From: Eubacteriales bacterium
Lineage (GTDB): Bacteria; Bacillota; Clostridia; Oscillospirales; CAG-382
DNA length: 64,000 bases
Assembly (NCBI GenBank): GCA_045600125.1
Contig: JAZRXH010000095.1
Location: 1,445-65,444, forward strand
Reading direction: 5' to 3'
Under the pieces are notes generated by a model. That model worked only from the letters and a program-made list of their open reading frames with translations, did no database searches and was not told the origin of the DNA. Position numbers and translations under genes: made by a program. Below, in pieces: positions 45,644 to 55,429 of this stretch. Positions within the stretch are counted from its first letter, which is position 1. Each line of letters opens with the position of its first letter.

Positions 45644-47074
45644 ATGAGAAAATCCATACTCCGGGTTCTTTGCTTTATTGTGGCGCTCCTTCTTCCCGCC
45701 ATAGCCGTCCTCAGCATCAATGCGGCGATCCCGAAGCAGTACGGGAGGACCTTCCTTGCCGAGCTTGCACCGAAATACGAGCGTCTTTCCTCGGTGGGTT
45801 CTCCCAAGACCGTGCTCATCGGCGGCAGTAATCTTGCCTTCGGCATCGACAGCGCCAAAATGGAAGAATACACCGGCAGACCCTGCGTCAACTTCGGACT
45901 GTATGCGACCCTCGGTACAAAGGCGATGCTCGAGCTTTCCCTCGGCGGGCTCGGCAGGGGAGATATCGTCGTTCTCTGCCCCGAGACCGACCCGCAGACC
46001 TATTCGCTGTTCTTTGACGCAAGGAGCATGTGTCAGGCGCTGGAGGCAAAGCCCTCCATGTTCTTCGGACTTGAAAACGGCGAGAAGGCGAAGGTCGCCG
46101 CCGCCCTGCCGGAGCATCTTACCTCCAAGCTGAACTTTTACAGGACCGCCACCACGCCCGACCCGGAAGGTGTTTACCGAAAGGATTCCTTTAATGCGCT
46201 TGGCGACGTCGTATTCCCGAGAGAATTCAACGATATGGTGCCTATGTTCGACGAAACGACGGTGATCCTGCCCGACGCTTCCATCGTTTCGGAGGAATTC
46301 ATCGGGTACGTGAACGATTATGCTGAGAAAGCCTCGAAAAAGGGCGCAAGGGTCTTTTTCAGCTTCCCGCCCATGAACGAGCTTGCCATGGCGGACGGCA
46401 CCGATGAAAAGGCGCTGTATGCCTTCTATTCCTATCTTGCTTCCGTTCTCGATTTCGAGATCATCAGCAATATAAACGATTATATCCTTGACGCCGAGTA
46501 TTTTTACGATACGAACTACCATCTCAACGATACCGGCGTGGAATACCGGACCTCTCTTCTTGCCCGGGATATAAACAGAGTCCTCGGAAATACCGAACCG
46601 CTGCTGTCTTTGTCCTTCCCGTCTCATCCCGTAAGACCCGATTCCTATTTCGGCTTCAACAAGGACGACGACAAGACGGGATTCTTCGAGTACGAGGTCA
46701 ACGGCGACGTTTGTACTCTTGTGGGGCTTACCGAAGAGGGAGCGAAGGAAGAGCTTCTCGTGATGCCGGTCTCCTATAACGGCGTGCCGGTCACCTCGAT
46801 CGCAAAGGACGCCTTCGCAAAGAGCGAGTGCCTTGAGAGAGTCTTTGTCAGCGATAATACAAACCTTGTGAGCTTTGCGGACGGAGCCTTCGACAACTGC
46901 CCGACGCTGAAGCGGGTGGAGCTGACGACACTCCCGGAGCAGATCACCGCAAGTCAGCGTCTGTTCGGCGATTCGGCGAAGGACGTCCGGATCTTCGTGC
47001 CTCTCGAGCTCTATTCCAAATACGTCACGAACTACGAGTGGGGCGCTCTGACAGAGAAGATTTCCGTGATCTGA
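45644..47074 (+). CDS. membrane-anchored DltD/AlgJ-like SGNH-type protein with C-terminal BspA-type LRR module
   Basis: N-terminal TM anchor. A GGSN block and a DTNYHLNDTG block are shared with CDS 41775-43838. C-terminal LRR block (LLVMPVSYNGVPVTSIAKDAFAKSECLERVFV..FDNCPTLKRVEL). Confidence 0.75.
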   Translation: MRKSILRVLCFIVALLLPAIAVLSINAAIPKQYGRTFLAELAPKYERLSSVGSPKTVLIGGSNLAFGIDSAKMEEYTGRPCVNFGLYATLGTKAMLELSLGGLGRGDIVVLCPETDPQTYSLFFDARSMCQALEAKPSMFFGLENGEKAKVAAALPEHLTSKLNFYRTATTPDPEGVYRKDSFNALGDVVFPREFNDMVPMFDETTVILPDASIVSEEFIGYVNDYAEKASKKGARVFFSFPPMNELAMADGTDEKALYAFYSYLASVLDFEIISNINDYILDAEYFYDTNYHLNDTGVEYRTSLLARDINRVLGNTEPLLSLSFPSHPVRPDSYFGFNKDDDKTGFFEYEVNGDVCTLVGLTEEGAKEELLVMPVSYNGVPVTSIAKDAFAKSECLERVFVSDNTNLVSFADGAFDNCPTLKRVELTTLPEQITASQRLFGDSAKDVRIFVPLELYSKYVTNYEWGALTEKISVI

Positions 47075-47141
47075 TCCGACAGGAGCCTTTTCTCCCCATA
47101 AGTCGAAGCGGGGAAACTAAAACGAAAGGAAGCAGTTATCC

Positions 47142-47912
47142 ATGCGTATTGTAGTCAAAGTCGGTACCTCGACTCTTGCCCATGCGGGCGGACGAATGAA
47201 CATCCGGCGCATCGAAGCCCTTTGCAAGGTGCTGTCCGATCTTAAAAACGCCGGGCACGAGATCGTCCTTGTGTCCTCCGGCGCCATCGGGATGGGAACG
47301 GGAAAGCTTTCCCTTAGGGAGCGCCCGTCGGATATGCCCACAAAGCAGGCAGCCGCCGCCGTGGGACAGTGCGAGCTGATGTATACCTACGACAAGCTGT
47401 TCTCGGAGTATAACCACACCGTTGCGCAGATCCTTCTGACCGGAAGCGATATCGACAACGAAAAGCACAGACACAATTTCCATTCCACCATGGAGCGCCT
47501 TCTCGAGCTCGGCGTCCTTCCCGTCATCAACGAGAACGATACCGTGTCCACCGAGGAGATCGCCATCGGCGACAACGACACCCTCGGCGCCATCGTAGCG
47601 GTGGAGACAGAAGCCGATCTTCTTGTTCTTCTTTCGGATATCGACGGGCTCTATACCGCCGATCCGCACAGGGTCCCGGACGCCGTTCTGATAAACCGGG
47701 TGGAGAAGATCACCCCCGAGATCATCGCTCTTGCGGGCGGTGCGGGCACTTCGCTCGGTACGGGCGGCATGGCGACAAAGCTTCGGGCGGCGCAGATCGC
47801 CACCGAGGCGGGCACCGATATGATCATCGCAAACGGCAAGGATCCGGACATTCTCTATAATATCGCAGACGGTAAAGAATTCGGCACGCTGTTCTGCGGA
47901 AACAAAAAGTAA
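47142..47912 (+). CDS. proB: glutamate 5-kinase (short form without PUA domain)
   Basis: VVKVGTSTL, VSSGAIGMG and NENDTVS motifs. At 256 aa it is only the amino-acid-kinase domain. Confidence 0.92.
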   Translation: MRIVVKVGTSTLAHAGGRMNIRRIEALCKVLSDLKNAGHEIVLVSSGAIGMGTGKLSLRERPSDMPTKQAAAAVGQCELMYTYDKLFSEYNHTVAQILLTGSDIDNEKHRHNFHSTMERLLELGVLPVINENDTVSTEEIAIGDNDTLGAIVAVETEADLLVLLSDIDGLYTADPHRVPDAVLINRVEKITPEIIALAGGAGTSLGTGGMATKLRAAQIATEAGTDMIIANGKDPDILYNIADGKEFGTLFCGNKK

Positions 47913-48003
47913 AAAGGCGTTATAGGCAACTCAATTTTGAGAAGGCGCATCCTCGCCCCGATAATCATATAATTTTGAGGACAAATGTAACGGAGGGATC
48001 TGT

Positions 48004-49089
48004 ATGTCAAAATTCAAAGCGTTTTGTGAAAAGAAAAACGTTCGTGTTTCGGCAAAGCTCTACTTTATCGACTGTATGAGCAGTATGGCGCTGGGGCTTT
48101 TTGCCTCGCTCCTCATCGGCACGATCTTTCAGACGCTCGGCAAATATCTTGTGAACGTGAGCGCTCTTCGGGATATCGGAGAGTTCTTCAATCTTGCCGC
48201 CTCCTATGCTTCCGGCGTGACGGGAGCGGTGCTCGGCATCGCCGTGGCTTCCTCTCTGAAGGCTCCGCCTCTTGTGATGTTCAGTGCGGCGGCGGTGGGA
48301 ATGTGCGGCAACGGGCTTGCCGCCGTGTATATGCTGGGCGGCACCGAGAAATCCATCACGGCAGGTCCCGTCGGTGCGCTTCTCGTGACGATTTTTGCCG
48401 TGGAGCTGGGCAAACTGGTTTCCAAGGAAACGAAGGTGGATATCCTTGTGACGCCGGTGGTCACCATCCTTTCCGGATGCCTTCTTGCAAAGCTTATCTG
48501 TCCCGTCATCGCCTATGCGATGTACTGGCTCGGCTATTTCATCAATACCGCAACGGAATATCAGCCCTTCCTTATGGGCATCATCCTTTCGGTGGTCGTG
48601 GGGATGATCCTCACGCTGCCCATCAGCTCCGCCGCGATCTGCGCCATGATCGGCATCACCGGGATCGCCGGCGGCGCCGCCTGCGTGGGCTGCTGTGCGC
48701 AGATGGTGGGCTTCGCCGTCATCAGCTTCCGTGAAAACGGTTGGGGAGGGGTAGTCGCCCAGGGGATCGGCACCTCGATGCTCCAGATGGGCAACATCGT
48801 GAAGAAGCCGGTCATATGGCTTCCTGCGACGCTTGCGGCGGCTTTTGCAGGTCCTGTGTCTACTCTTGTATTCCGATTGGAATGCACCGGCGTATCGGCG
48901 GGCATGGGTACCTGCGGTTTTGTGGGACCTCTCGGCGTCTTCACCGATATGGGCTTTTCAAGCGGAAGGGCATGGCTCGGCGTGGTCGTGTGCTGTATCG
49001 TTCTTCCCGCCGTTCTTTCCCTTGTTTTCAATGAGTTCCTCCGGAGGATCGGCAGCGTTAAGACCGGCGATATGAAGCTGGAGCTGTGA
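48004..49089 (+). CDS. PTS EIIC-domain membrane protein (PfoR-like, COG3641)
   Basis: The N-terminus KFKAFCEKKNVRVSAKLYFIDCMSSMALGLFASLLIGTI and the polytopic Gly-rich body resemble the PfoR family as I recall it. Confidence 0.6.
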   Translation: MSKFKAFCEKKNVRVSAKLYFIDCMSSMALGLFASLLIGTIFQTLGKYLVNVSALRDIGEFFNLAASYASGVTGAVLGIAVASSLKAPPLVMFSAAAVGMCGNGLAAVYMLGGTEKSITAGPVGALLVTIFAVELGKLVSKETKVDILVTPVVTILSGCLLAKLICPVIAYAMYWLGYFINTATEYQPFLMGIILSVVVGMILTLPISSAAICAMIGITGIAGGAACVGCCAQMVGFAVISFRENGWGGVVAQGIGTSMLQMGNIVKKPVIWLPATLAAAFAGPVSTLVFRLECTGVSAGMGTCGFVGPLGVFTDMGFSSGRAWLGVVVCCIVLPAVLSLVFNEFLRRIGSVKTGDMKLEL

Positions 49090-49098
49090 TTTTCTTCT

Positions 49099-49136
49099 GA
49101 CCCCGACGCAGATAACCGTGTCGGGGTCGGCTTTTT
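49099..49136 (+). terminator. intrinsic terminator after the PfoR-like gene
   Basis: GACCCCGAC-12 nt loop-GTCGGGGTC followed by GGCTTTTT. Confidence 0.8.
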
Positions 49137-49211
49137 CTCCGCACTCATGCGGAAAAGTGGTGTAAAATATTAAAAATAAGTGCAAAAAAAGAAAAAAATG
49201 CATTTTACATC

Positions 49212-49240
49212 TTTACATTGACTTTTATTTGTGGTATAAT
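49212..49240 (+). promoter_or_regulatory. sigma-A promoter of nifJ
   Basis: TTTACA-17 nt (ending TGG)-TATAAT, leaving a leader of about 130 nt. Confidence 0.65.
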
Positions 49241-49376
49241 AACGCTGTTGTATTCCGTGTTTTGCTGTTTTTCCCCATGACGGACGTGCCGGATGCGGGA
49301 TGCGGCTTTCCGGAGGCTTTTGCTTTTGCCTTCGGAAAAAGGCAAATTCGTATAAATTTTATAGGAGGAATATAAA

Positions 49377-52300
49377 ATGTTGCAGAGAAAAAAGCAATCT
49401 ATGGACGGTAATACCGCCGCCGCAACAGTGTCCTATGCGTTCACTGAAGTAGCTGCGATTTACCCCATAACCCCTTCCAGCGTTATGGCTGAGCTGACCG
49501 ACACATGGTCCGCTACAGGTCTTAAGAACATCTTCGGTGAGAAGGTAAAGGTCATGGAGATGCAGTCCGAGGCAGGTGCCGCAGGTACCGTTCACGGCTC
49601 TCTTGCTGCCGGCGCTCTCACCACCACTTATACCGCATCGCAGGGTCTTCTCCTTATGACCCCGAATATGTACAAGATCGCAGGCGAGCTCCTTCCCAAC
49701 GTTATCCACGTTTCCGCCCGCTGTGTTGCATCCCATGCGCTGAACATCTTCGGCGACCACTCCGACGTATATGCATGCCGTCAGACCGGTTATGCTATGC
49801 TCGCTGAGTCCAATCCTCAGGAGGTTATGGATCTCGGTGCCGTTGCACACCTTTCCACCATCAAGGGCAGAGTTCCGTTCATCAACTTCTTCGACGGCTT
49901 CAGAACCTCTCACGAAATCCAGAAGATCGAGGTTTGGGATTACGAGACTCTCGGCGAAATGGTAGACAAGGATGCCATTGCAGCATTCAGATCCCGTGCG
50001 CTCAACCCCGAGCATCCCGTTCTCCACGGCTCTGCCGAAAACGGCGATATCTTCTTCCAGAACAGAGAAGCCTGCAACAAGTATTATGATGCACTTCCTG
50101 CCATCGTTGAAGATTACATGAACCAGGTCAACGAGAAGATCGGCACAAGCTATAAGCTCTTCAACTACTACGGCGCTCCGGACGCTGACAGAGTCATCGT
50201 CGCTATGGGCTCCATCTGTGACGTAGCCGAGGAAGTCATCGACTACCTCAATGCGAAGGGTGAGAAGGTCGGCCTCGTTAAGGTAAGACTTTACAGACCT
50301 TTCGTAGCGGAAAAGCTCATCGAAGCGATCCCCGCAAGCGCAAAGAAAATCGCCGTTCTTGACAGAACGAAGGAAGCCGGCGCTCTCGGCGAGCCTCTCT
50401 ACCTCGACGTTGTTACCGCTCTTGCCACAAACGGCATCTGCGATAAGAAGATCGTCGGCGGCAGATACGGCCTCGGCTCCAAGGATACCACTCCCGCTTC
50501 CGTATTCGCCGTATATGCAAACCTTGCAAAGGACGAACCCAAGAACAACTTCACCATCGGTATCGTGGACGACGTTACCTTCCATTCTCTCGAAGAGACC
50601 GCTGCTCCCGACACCGCTCCCGAAGGCACTATCGCCTGCAAGTTCTGGGGTCTCGGCGGCGACGGTACCGTCGGTGCAAACAAGAACTCCATCAAGATCA
50701 TCGGCGACCATACCGATAAGTTCATTCAGGCATACTTCCAGTATGACTCCAAGAAGACCGGCGGTGTGACCATTTCTCACCTCCGTTTCGGCGACAAGCC
50801 CATCAAGTCTTCTTACTATATCACCAAGGCGAATTTCGTTGCCTGCCACAATCCTTCCTACATTCTCAAGGGTTATAAGATCGTCAACGACGTAAAGCCC
50901 GGCGGTACCTTCCTTCTCAACTGCCAGTGGACTCCCGAAGAGGTTGAGAGCCACCTTCCCGCAAGAGTGAAGAAGTACATCGCCGACAACGATATTAACT
51001 TCTACACCATCAACGCTATCGACAAGGCTGCCGAGATCGGTATGGGCAAGAGAACCAATACCATCCTTCAGTCCGCATTCTTCGCACTTGCCAACATCAT
51101 GCCCATCGACGAAGCCATCGACTACATGAAGTACATGGCTAAGAAGTCCTACCTCAAGAAGGGCGAAGCCGTCGTTGAGATGAACTACAAGGCGATCGAC
51201 GCCGGCAAGGACGCCATCGTGAAGATCGACGTTCCCGCTTCCTGGAAGAACCTTGACGCCACCTACGAAGAAGAAAAGGTTACCGGCACAAGACCCGAGC
51301 TCGTTAAGTTCGTGAACGACATCGTGATCCCCGTATCCAACATGCAGGGTGACAGCCTCCCCGTATCCGCATTCGTTGATCATGCAGACGGTACTCTTCC
51401 TCAGGGCGCAGCCGCTTACGAGAAGAGAGGCGTAGCCGTTCTCGTTCCCGAATGGATCCCCGAGAACTGTATCCAGTGTAACAACTGTGCGTTCGTATGT
51501 CCGCATGCGACCATCCGTCCGTTCCTCCTCGATGAGAAGGAGGCTGCAAACGCTCCCGCCGAGACCAAGTACACCGCAAAGACTCTCGGCAAGGGCATGG
51601 AAGGCTTCAGGTTCACCATGACCGTTTCTCCTCTTGACTGTATGGGCTGCGGCGTCTGCGTAGGCGTATGTCCCACCAAGCCCGAGAAGAGAGCGCTCAA
51701 GATGGTTCCTCAGGAATCGCAGGCTGCTCAGCAGAAGGTATTCGACTATGCCGTTGCAAACGTAACGAGAAAAGAGACCGCATACCCGGCACTCAAGGAC
51801 AGCCAGTTCAACCAGCCGCTCCTCGAGTTCTCCGGCTCCTGCGCAGGCTGTGCCGAGACCTCTTATGCCCGTCTTATCACACAGCTCTTCGGCGAAAGAA
51901 TGTATATCTCCAATGCGACCGGCTGTTCCTCCATCTGGGGCGGCTCCGCACCGGCTACTCCTTACACCGTTAACCGCGATTCCGGCAGAGGTCCCGCATG
52001 GGGCAACTCCCTCTTCGAGGATAACGCAGAGCACGGTCTCGGTCTCTACCTCGGTCAGAAGACCATCCGTGAGAAGCTCATCGGTAAGCTCAGTGCTTGC
52101 GCCGAGTCGGAAAAGGCTTCCGCAGAATTCAAGGCAGCCTTCGCAGCATTCATGGACACCGTAGACGACGGCGAAAAGAATGACGCAGCGACCAAGGCTC
52201 TTATCGCAGAGCTCGAAAAGGCAGAAGCCGCAGGTTGTCCCATCGCCAAGGAGGTTCTTGCCGAGAAGGATTACCTCTCCAAGAAGTCCGTATGGATCTT

Positions 52301-52937
52301 CGGCGGCGACGGCTGGGCATACGATATCGGCTTCGGCGGTCTTGACCACGTTATCGCTTCCGGCGAAGACGTAAACATCATGGTCTTCGATACCGAAGTA
52401 TATTCCAACACCGGCGGACAGGCTTCCAAGGCCTCCAACATCGGTCAGGTAGCACAGTTCGCAGCAGCCGGCAAGGCTATCGGCAAGAAGGATCTTGCGC
52501 AGATCGCTATGTCCTACGGCTACGTTTACGTTGCTCAGATCGCTATGGGCGCTGATATGAATCAGACCATCAAGGCTATGAAGGAAGCGGAAGCTTACCA
52601 CGGTCCGTCCCTCATCATCGGCTACGCACCCTGCGAAATGCACGGCGTCAAGGGCGGTATGACCAACTGCCAGTCCGAAATGAAGAAGGCTGTTGAGGCA
52701 GGTTACTGGCAGATGTTCCGCTACAACCCCGCTCTCAAGGCTGCAGGCGAGAATCCTCTCACCATCGACTCCAAGGAGCCGACCGCAAGCTACATCGACT
52801 TCATCAAGTCTGAGACCCGTTACGCTCGTCTTGCTCAGTCCTTCCCCGAAAGAGCGGAAAAGCTCTTCGCCGAGGCTGAGGTAAAGGCAAAGGAAAAGTA
52901 CGACAGACTCGTAAAGCTCACCGAGCTCTACAAATAA
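49377..52937 (+). CDS. nifJ: pyruvate:ferredoxin (flavodoxin) oxidoreductase
   Basis: 1186 aa single-chain PFOR. Two ferredoxin-type clusters (CIQCNNCAFVCP and CMGCGVCVGVCP) and the TPP-binding GGDGWAYDIGFGG. Strong RBS TAGGAGG. Confidence 0.97.
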   Translation: MLQRKKQSMDGNTAAATVSYAFTEVAAIYPITPSSVMAELTDTWSATGLKNIFGEKVKVMEMQSEAGAAGTVHGSLAAGALTTTYTASQGLLLMTPNMYKIAGELLPNVIHVSARCVASHALNIFGDHSDVYACRQTGYAMLAESNPQEVMDLGAVAHLSTIKGRVPFINFFDGFRTSHEIQKIEVWDYETLGEMVDKDAIAAFRSRALNPEHPVLHGSAENGDIFFQNREACNKYYDALPAIVEDYMNQVNEKIGTSYKLFNYYGAPDADRVIVAMGSICDVAEEVIDYLNAKGEKVGLVKVRLYRPFVAEKLIEAIPASAKKIAVLDRTKEAGALGEPLYLDVVTALATNGICDKKIVGGRYGLGSKDTTPASVFAVYANLAKDEPKNNFTIGIVDDVTFHSLEETAAPDTAPEGTIACKFWGLGGDGTVGANKNSIKIIGDHTDKFIQAYFQYDSKKTGGVTISHLRFGDKPIKSSYYITKANFVACHNPSYILKGYKIVNDVKPGGTFLLNCQWTPEEVESHLPARVKKYIADNDINFYTINAIDKAAEIGMGKRTNTILQSAFFALANIMPIDEAIDYMKYMAKKSYLKKGEAVVEMNYKAIDAGKDAIVKIDVPASWKNLDATYEEEKVTGTRPELVKFVNDIVIPVSNMQGDSLPVSAFVDHADGTLPQGAAAYEKRGVAVLVPEWIPENCIQCNNCAFVCPHATIRPFLLDEKEAANAPAETKYTAKTLGKGMEGFRFTMTVSPLDCMGCGVCVGVCPTKPEKRALKMVPQESQAAQQKVFDYAVANVTRKETAYPALKDSQFNQPLLEFSGSCAGCAETSYARLITQLFGERMYISNATGCSSIWGGSAPATPYTVNRDSGRGPAWGNSLFEDNAEHGLGLYLGQKTIREKLIGKLSACAESEKASAEFKAAFAAFMDTVDDGEKNDAATKALIAELEKAEAAGCPIAKEVLAEKDYLSKKSVWIFGGDGWAYDIGFGGLDHVIASGEDVNIMVFDTEVYSNTGGQASKASNIGQVAQFAAAGKAIGKKDLAQIAMSYGYVYVAQIAMGADMNQTIKAMKEAEAYHGPSLIIGYAPCEMHGVKGGMTNCQSEMKKAVEAGYWQMFRYNPALKAAGENPLTIDSKEPTASYIDFIKSETRYARLAQSFPERAEKLFAEAEVKAKEKYDRLVKLTELYK

Positions 52938-52970
52938 TCGTCCCGTCGGTTATTTCCGGTAATTAAATTT

Positions 52971-53014
52971 GTCCTCTGCTTTGCAGAAATGCAGAGCAGG
53001 GGACATTTTGGTTT
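52971..53014 (+). terminator. intrinsic terminator after nifJ
   Basis: GTCCTCTGCTTTGCA-gaaa-TGCAGAGCAGGGGAC forms a 15-bp stem with two G-U pairs and a GAAA loop, followed by ATTTTGGTTT. Confidence 0.85.
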
Positions 53015-53052
53015 ACATCTGTTATCCGGCAATGCGCCGTCGGAGGTTTGCC

Positions 53053-54471
53053 ATGGCTGTTGAATATAAAGCCTATCTTGACAATAGGGAAATCACAGTT
53101 TACGATGCAAGAGTGTCAAAGATCCCCTTCAACCGGGTATGGCACGGAAAGCAGCGGGATCTTTCCCAGACCGAAATCTCGCACTTCGTTTCGTTTGATA
53201 TGGAAAAGGCTGCAAGGCTTCGCATTGACATATCCGGTGGATGCGAGGGCGGCGACAGCGTGACGATCCGTCCGCAAGGCTGCGGCGTGACGGCTGTGCG
53301 GGACGGTAATTCCTTTATTTTCAAGATAAAAAGACCGCAGAGCTTCATTGCCGAATTTGCAGGCGGAAAAGACATCCTGCACGTTTTTGCCAACCCGAAC
53401 GAGGACTATTCCGAGTATATCGGAAAGCCGGATACCTTGTACTTCGGCAAAGGCGTCCACGATGCGGGGCTTATCCTTCCGAGGTCCGGACAGACGGTCA
53501 TCCTCGACGAAGGGGCTGTCGTGTACGGCTGTATCTACTGCTATAAGGCGGACAACGTAAAGATCCTCGGTCACGGTATCCTTGACGGCTCAAGGCTGAA
53601 AAGAGGAAACGAGGTGCCGCACCAAAACGATGCGGTATTAAATGCCCTTGAAAAGCTCGGTCTTACGAGCCGGGACATAGATTACTATTCTCTTTTCAAT
53701 GCATATGAATGCAAGAATCTCACCCTTGACGGCATCATCCTCCGGGATGCGCCGCTTTGGACGGTCATCCTCCGCAACAACTGCGAGAACGTGACGGTAA
53801 ACAATATCAAGATCATCGGTCAGTGGCGGTACAACTCCGACGGCGTGGACTTCTGCACCGTGAAGAACGGCGTTTTCAAAAACAGCTTCGTCCGCTCCTT
53901 CGACGACTGCTTTGTGGTACGGGGCGTGTACCTTGACGGCGAAAGGGACGGATGCGAAAATATCACGGCGGAGAACAACGTCCTTATGTGCGACTGGGGC
54001 AAAAATCTGGAAATATGGTCGGGCGGCACCGACTCGGAAATCAGCAATATCACTTTCCGAAATAACGACATCATCCGGGTCGCTCACGTCGGCATCAGCA
54101 TCGACACCTGGGGCGGCTCGAAAAGCATCTGCGTGCGAAACGTGCGGTATGAAAACATCCGAATTGACACGGAAGCCCCCGAGATCTTCCCGCAGTATCA
54201 GAACAGCGATGAGGAGGAGTATGCTCCGAGCCACGGAAAGAAAAACGGCGTATATATCAACGTCGGAAAACTCGGAAAAGCCATCGGCAACCAGCAGTAC
54301 GATGCTTGCGCGGATACCTCGGACTTTTCCATCTGCTATGAAAACATCGCCTTTGAAAACGTGACCTGCAGCGGCAAATCGCTGGACGTGTTCATCGGCA
54401 AAAAGCATCTTAAAAAACTCGAAAACATCACCTTTACCGGTTGCCGTCTCGGCAGCACGGTAACGGAATAA
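53053..54471 (+). CDS. GH28-like right-handed beta-helix glycosidase (polygalacturonase family), no signal peptide
   Basis: GH28-type motifs NSDGVDF and FDDCFVV are present, followed by CDWGKNLEIWS. Start moved to ATG 53053 (GGAGG 6 nt upstream), because the nifJ terminator lies inside the track ORF's 5' end. Confidence 0.65.
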   Translation: MAVEYKAYLDNREITVYDARVSKIPFNRVWHGKQRDLSQTEISHFVSFDMEKAARLRIDISGGCEGGDSVTIRPQGCGVTAVRDGNSFIFKIKRPQSFIAEFAGGKDILHVFANPNEDYSEYIGKPDTLYFGKGVHDAGLILPRSGQTVILDEGAVVYGCIYCYKADNVKILGHGILDGSRLKRGNEVPHQNDAVLNALEKLGLTSRDIDYYSLFNAYECKNLTLDGIILRDAPLWTVILRNNCENVTVNNIKIIGQWRYNSDGVDFCTVKNGVFKNSFVRSFDDCFVVRGVYLDGERDGCENITAENNVLMCDWGKNLEIWSGGTDSEISNITFRNNDIIRVAHVGISIDTWGGSKSICVRNVRYENIRIDTEAPEIFPQYQNSDEEEYAPSHGKKNGVYINVGKLGKAIGNQQYDACADTSDFSICYENIAFENVTCSGKSLDVFIGKKHLKKLENITFTGCRLGSTVTE

Positions 54472-54494
54472 TTATATATCAGGGAGAAAAACAT

Positions 54495-54866
54495 ATGAAA
54501 AAGACGCTTCCTTTTTTCACCGTCATCCTGTTGGCGCTGTTTCTCTTACCGGGGTGCTCCAATAGAAAGAATGACACCGAAAAGCTGTGCGCTTCGATAT
54601 GGGAGTCCACCTTCAACGAAACCTATCTGCGTTTCACCGAAAGCGGCAAGGTGCTGACGAACAACGAAACCGAGGAGGAATCCGTTTCCTTTTACAAGCT
54701 TCTGCGTGGAAACAAAATGAACCTTTACACCGAGGAAGGGGAGGAGCTCGGAATCATCCTGTCGTACCGCTTTGAAGAGGATTCGCTGTTTATCGGCGAA
54801 GCGGAGTATCATCCTTTTTCGGAAAATCCGGAAGGGACGGACGGCGAAAGCACCGATATGCAGTAA
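54495..54866 (+). CDS. small lipoprotein, unknown function
   Basis: Signal peptide MKKTLPFFTVILLALFLLPGC with a lipobox. RBS is GGGAGAAA. Confidence 0.65.
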   Translation: MKKTLPFFTVILLALFLLPGCSNRKNDTEKLCASIWESTFNETYLRFTESGKVLTNNETEEESVSFYKLLRGNKMNLYTEEGEELGIILSYRFEEDSLFIGEAEYHPFSENPEGTDGESTDMQ

Positions 54867-54907
54867 TGCGGTTCGTATGATTTTAAGCTATATGAACGGA
54901 GAAGCCT

Positions 54908-55417
54908 ATGGATAAGAAGCAAGTATATTTGTTTACAGACGGCGCCTGCCGGGGAAATCCCGGTCCCGGAGGCTGGGGAGCGATCCTGCGGTATAAGGAC
55001 ACCGAAAAGGAGCTTTCCGGCGGCGAAGAAAAGACCACAAACAATCGGATGGAGCTTCTCGGCGCCATAAGCGGGCTTGAGGCGCTGAAGGAGCCTTGCC
55101 ATGTTATCCTCACAAGCGACTCAAAGTATCTTGTGGACGGTATCACCAAGGGCTGGGCGAAGGGATGGAAGGCAAGAGGCTGGAAAAAGAGCGACAACAA
55201 GCCGGCGCTGAACCCGGAGCTATGGGACAGACTTCTCGGGCTTCTTGAAAAGCACGAGGTGGAGATCGTATGGGTAAAGGGGCACGCCGGGCACCCGGAG
55301 AACGAGCGGTGCGACGTGCTTGCCACCGCCTTTGCCGACCGCTTCAAAGGAGCCGAGGCAGGCATAAAGGAAGCGTCCGCCGCAAAGAATGAAAAGAATG
55401 AAAAGAATGAAGAGTAA
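54908..55417 (+). CDS. rnhA: ribonuclease HI
   Basis: [22 protein letters not shown] and [15 protein letters not shown] motifs. The C-terminal [10 protein letters not shown] tail is encoded by a 9-nt repeat in three tandem copies. Confidence 0.93.
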   Translation: MDKKQVYLFTDGACRGNPGPGGWGAILRYKDTEKELSGGEEKTTNNRMELLGAISGLEALKEPCHVILTSDSKYLVDGITKGWAKGWKARGWKKSDNKPALNPELWDRLLGLLEKHEVEIVWVKGHAGHPENERCDVLATAFADRFKGAEAGIKEASAAKNEKNEKNEE

Positions 55418-55429
55418 AAGGGAAACAGT

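Noticed and set aside
49247-49376. The long nifJ leader, with small tandem repeats (GGATGCG twice, CTTTTG twice) and a TTGCCTT-cggaaa-AAGGCAA hairpin. I considered it as a possible riboswitch.
   Set aside because: It does not resemble any riboswitch class I know. The hairpins are short and could arise by chance. I keep it only as a 5' UTR.
55384-55410. A 9-nt tandem repeat (AAAGAATGA, three copies) at the 3' end of rnhA, and a similar GAAGAAATC-type repeat in prkC (about 13159-13185) encoding EEIEEIEEI.
   Set aside because: These are short in-frame coding microrepeats that produce low-complexity tails. They could vary in length but show no evidence of function. They are too small to be informative here.
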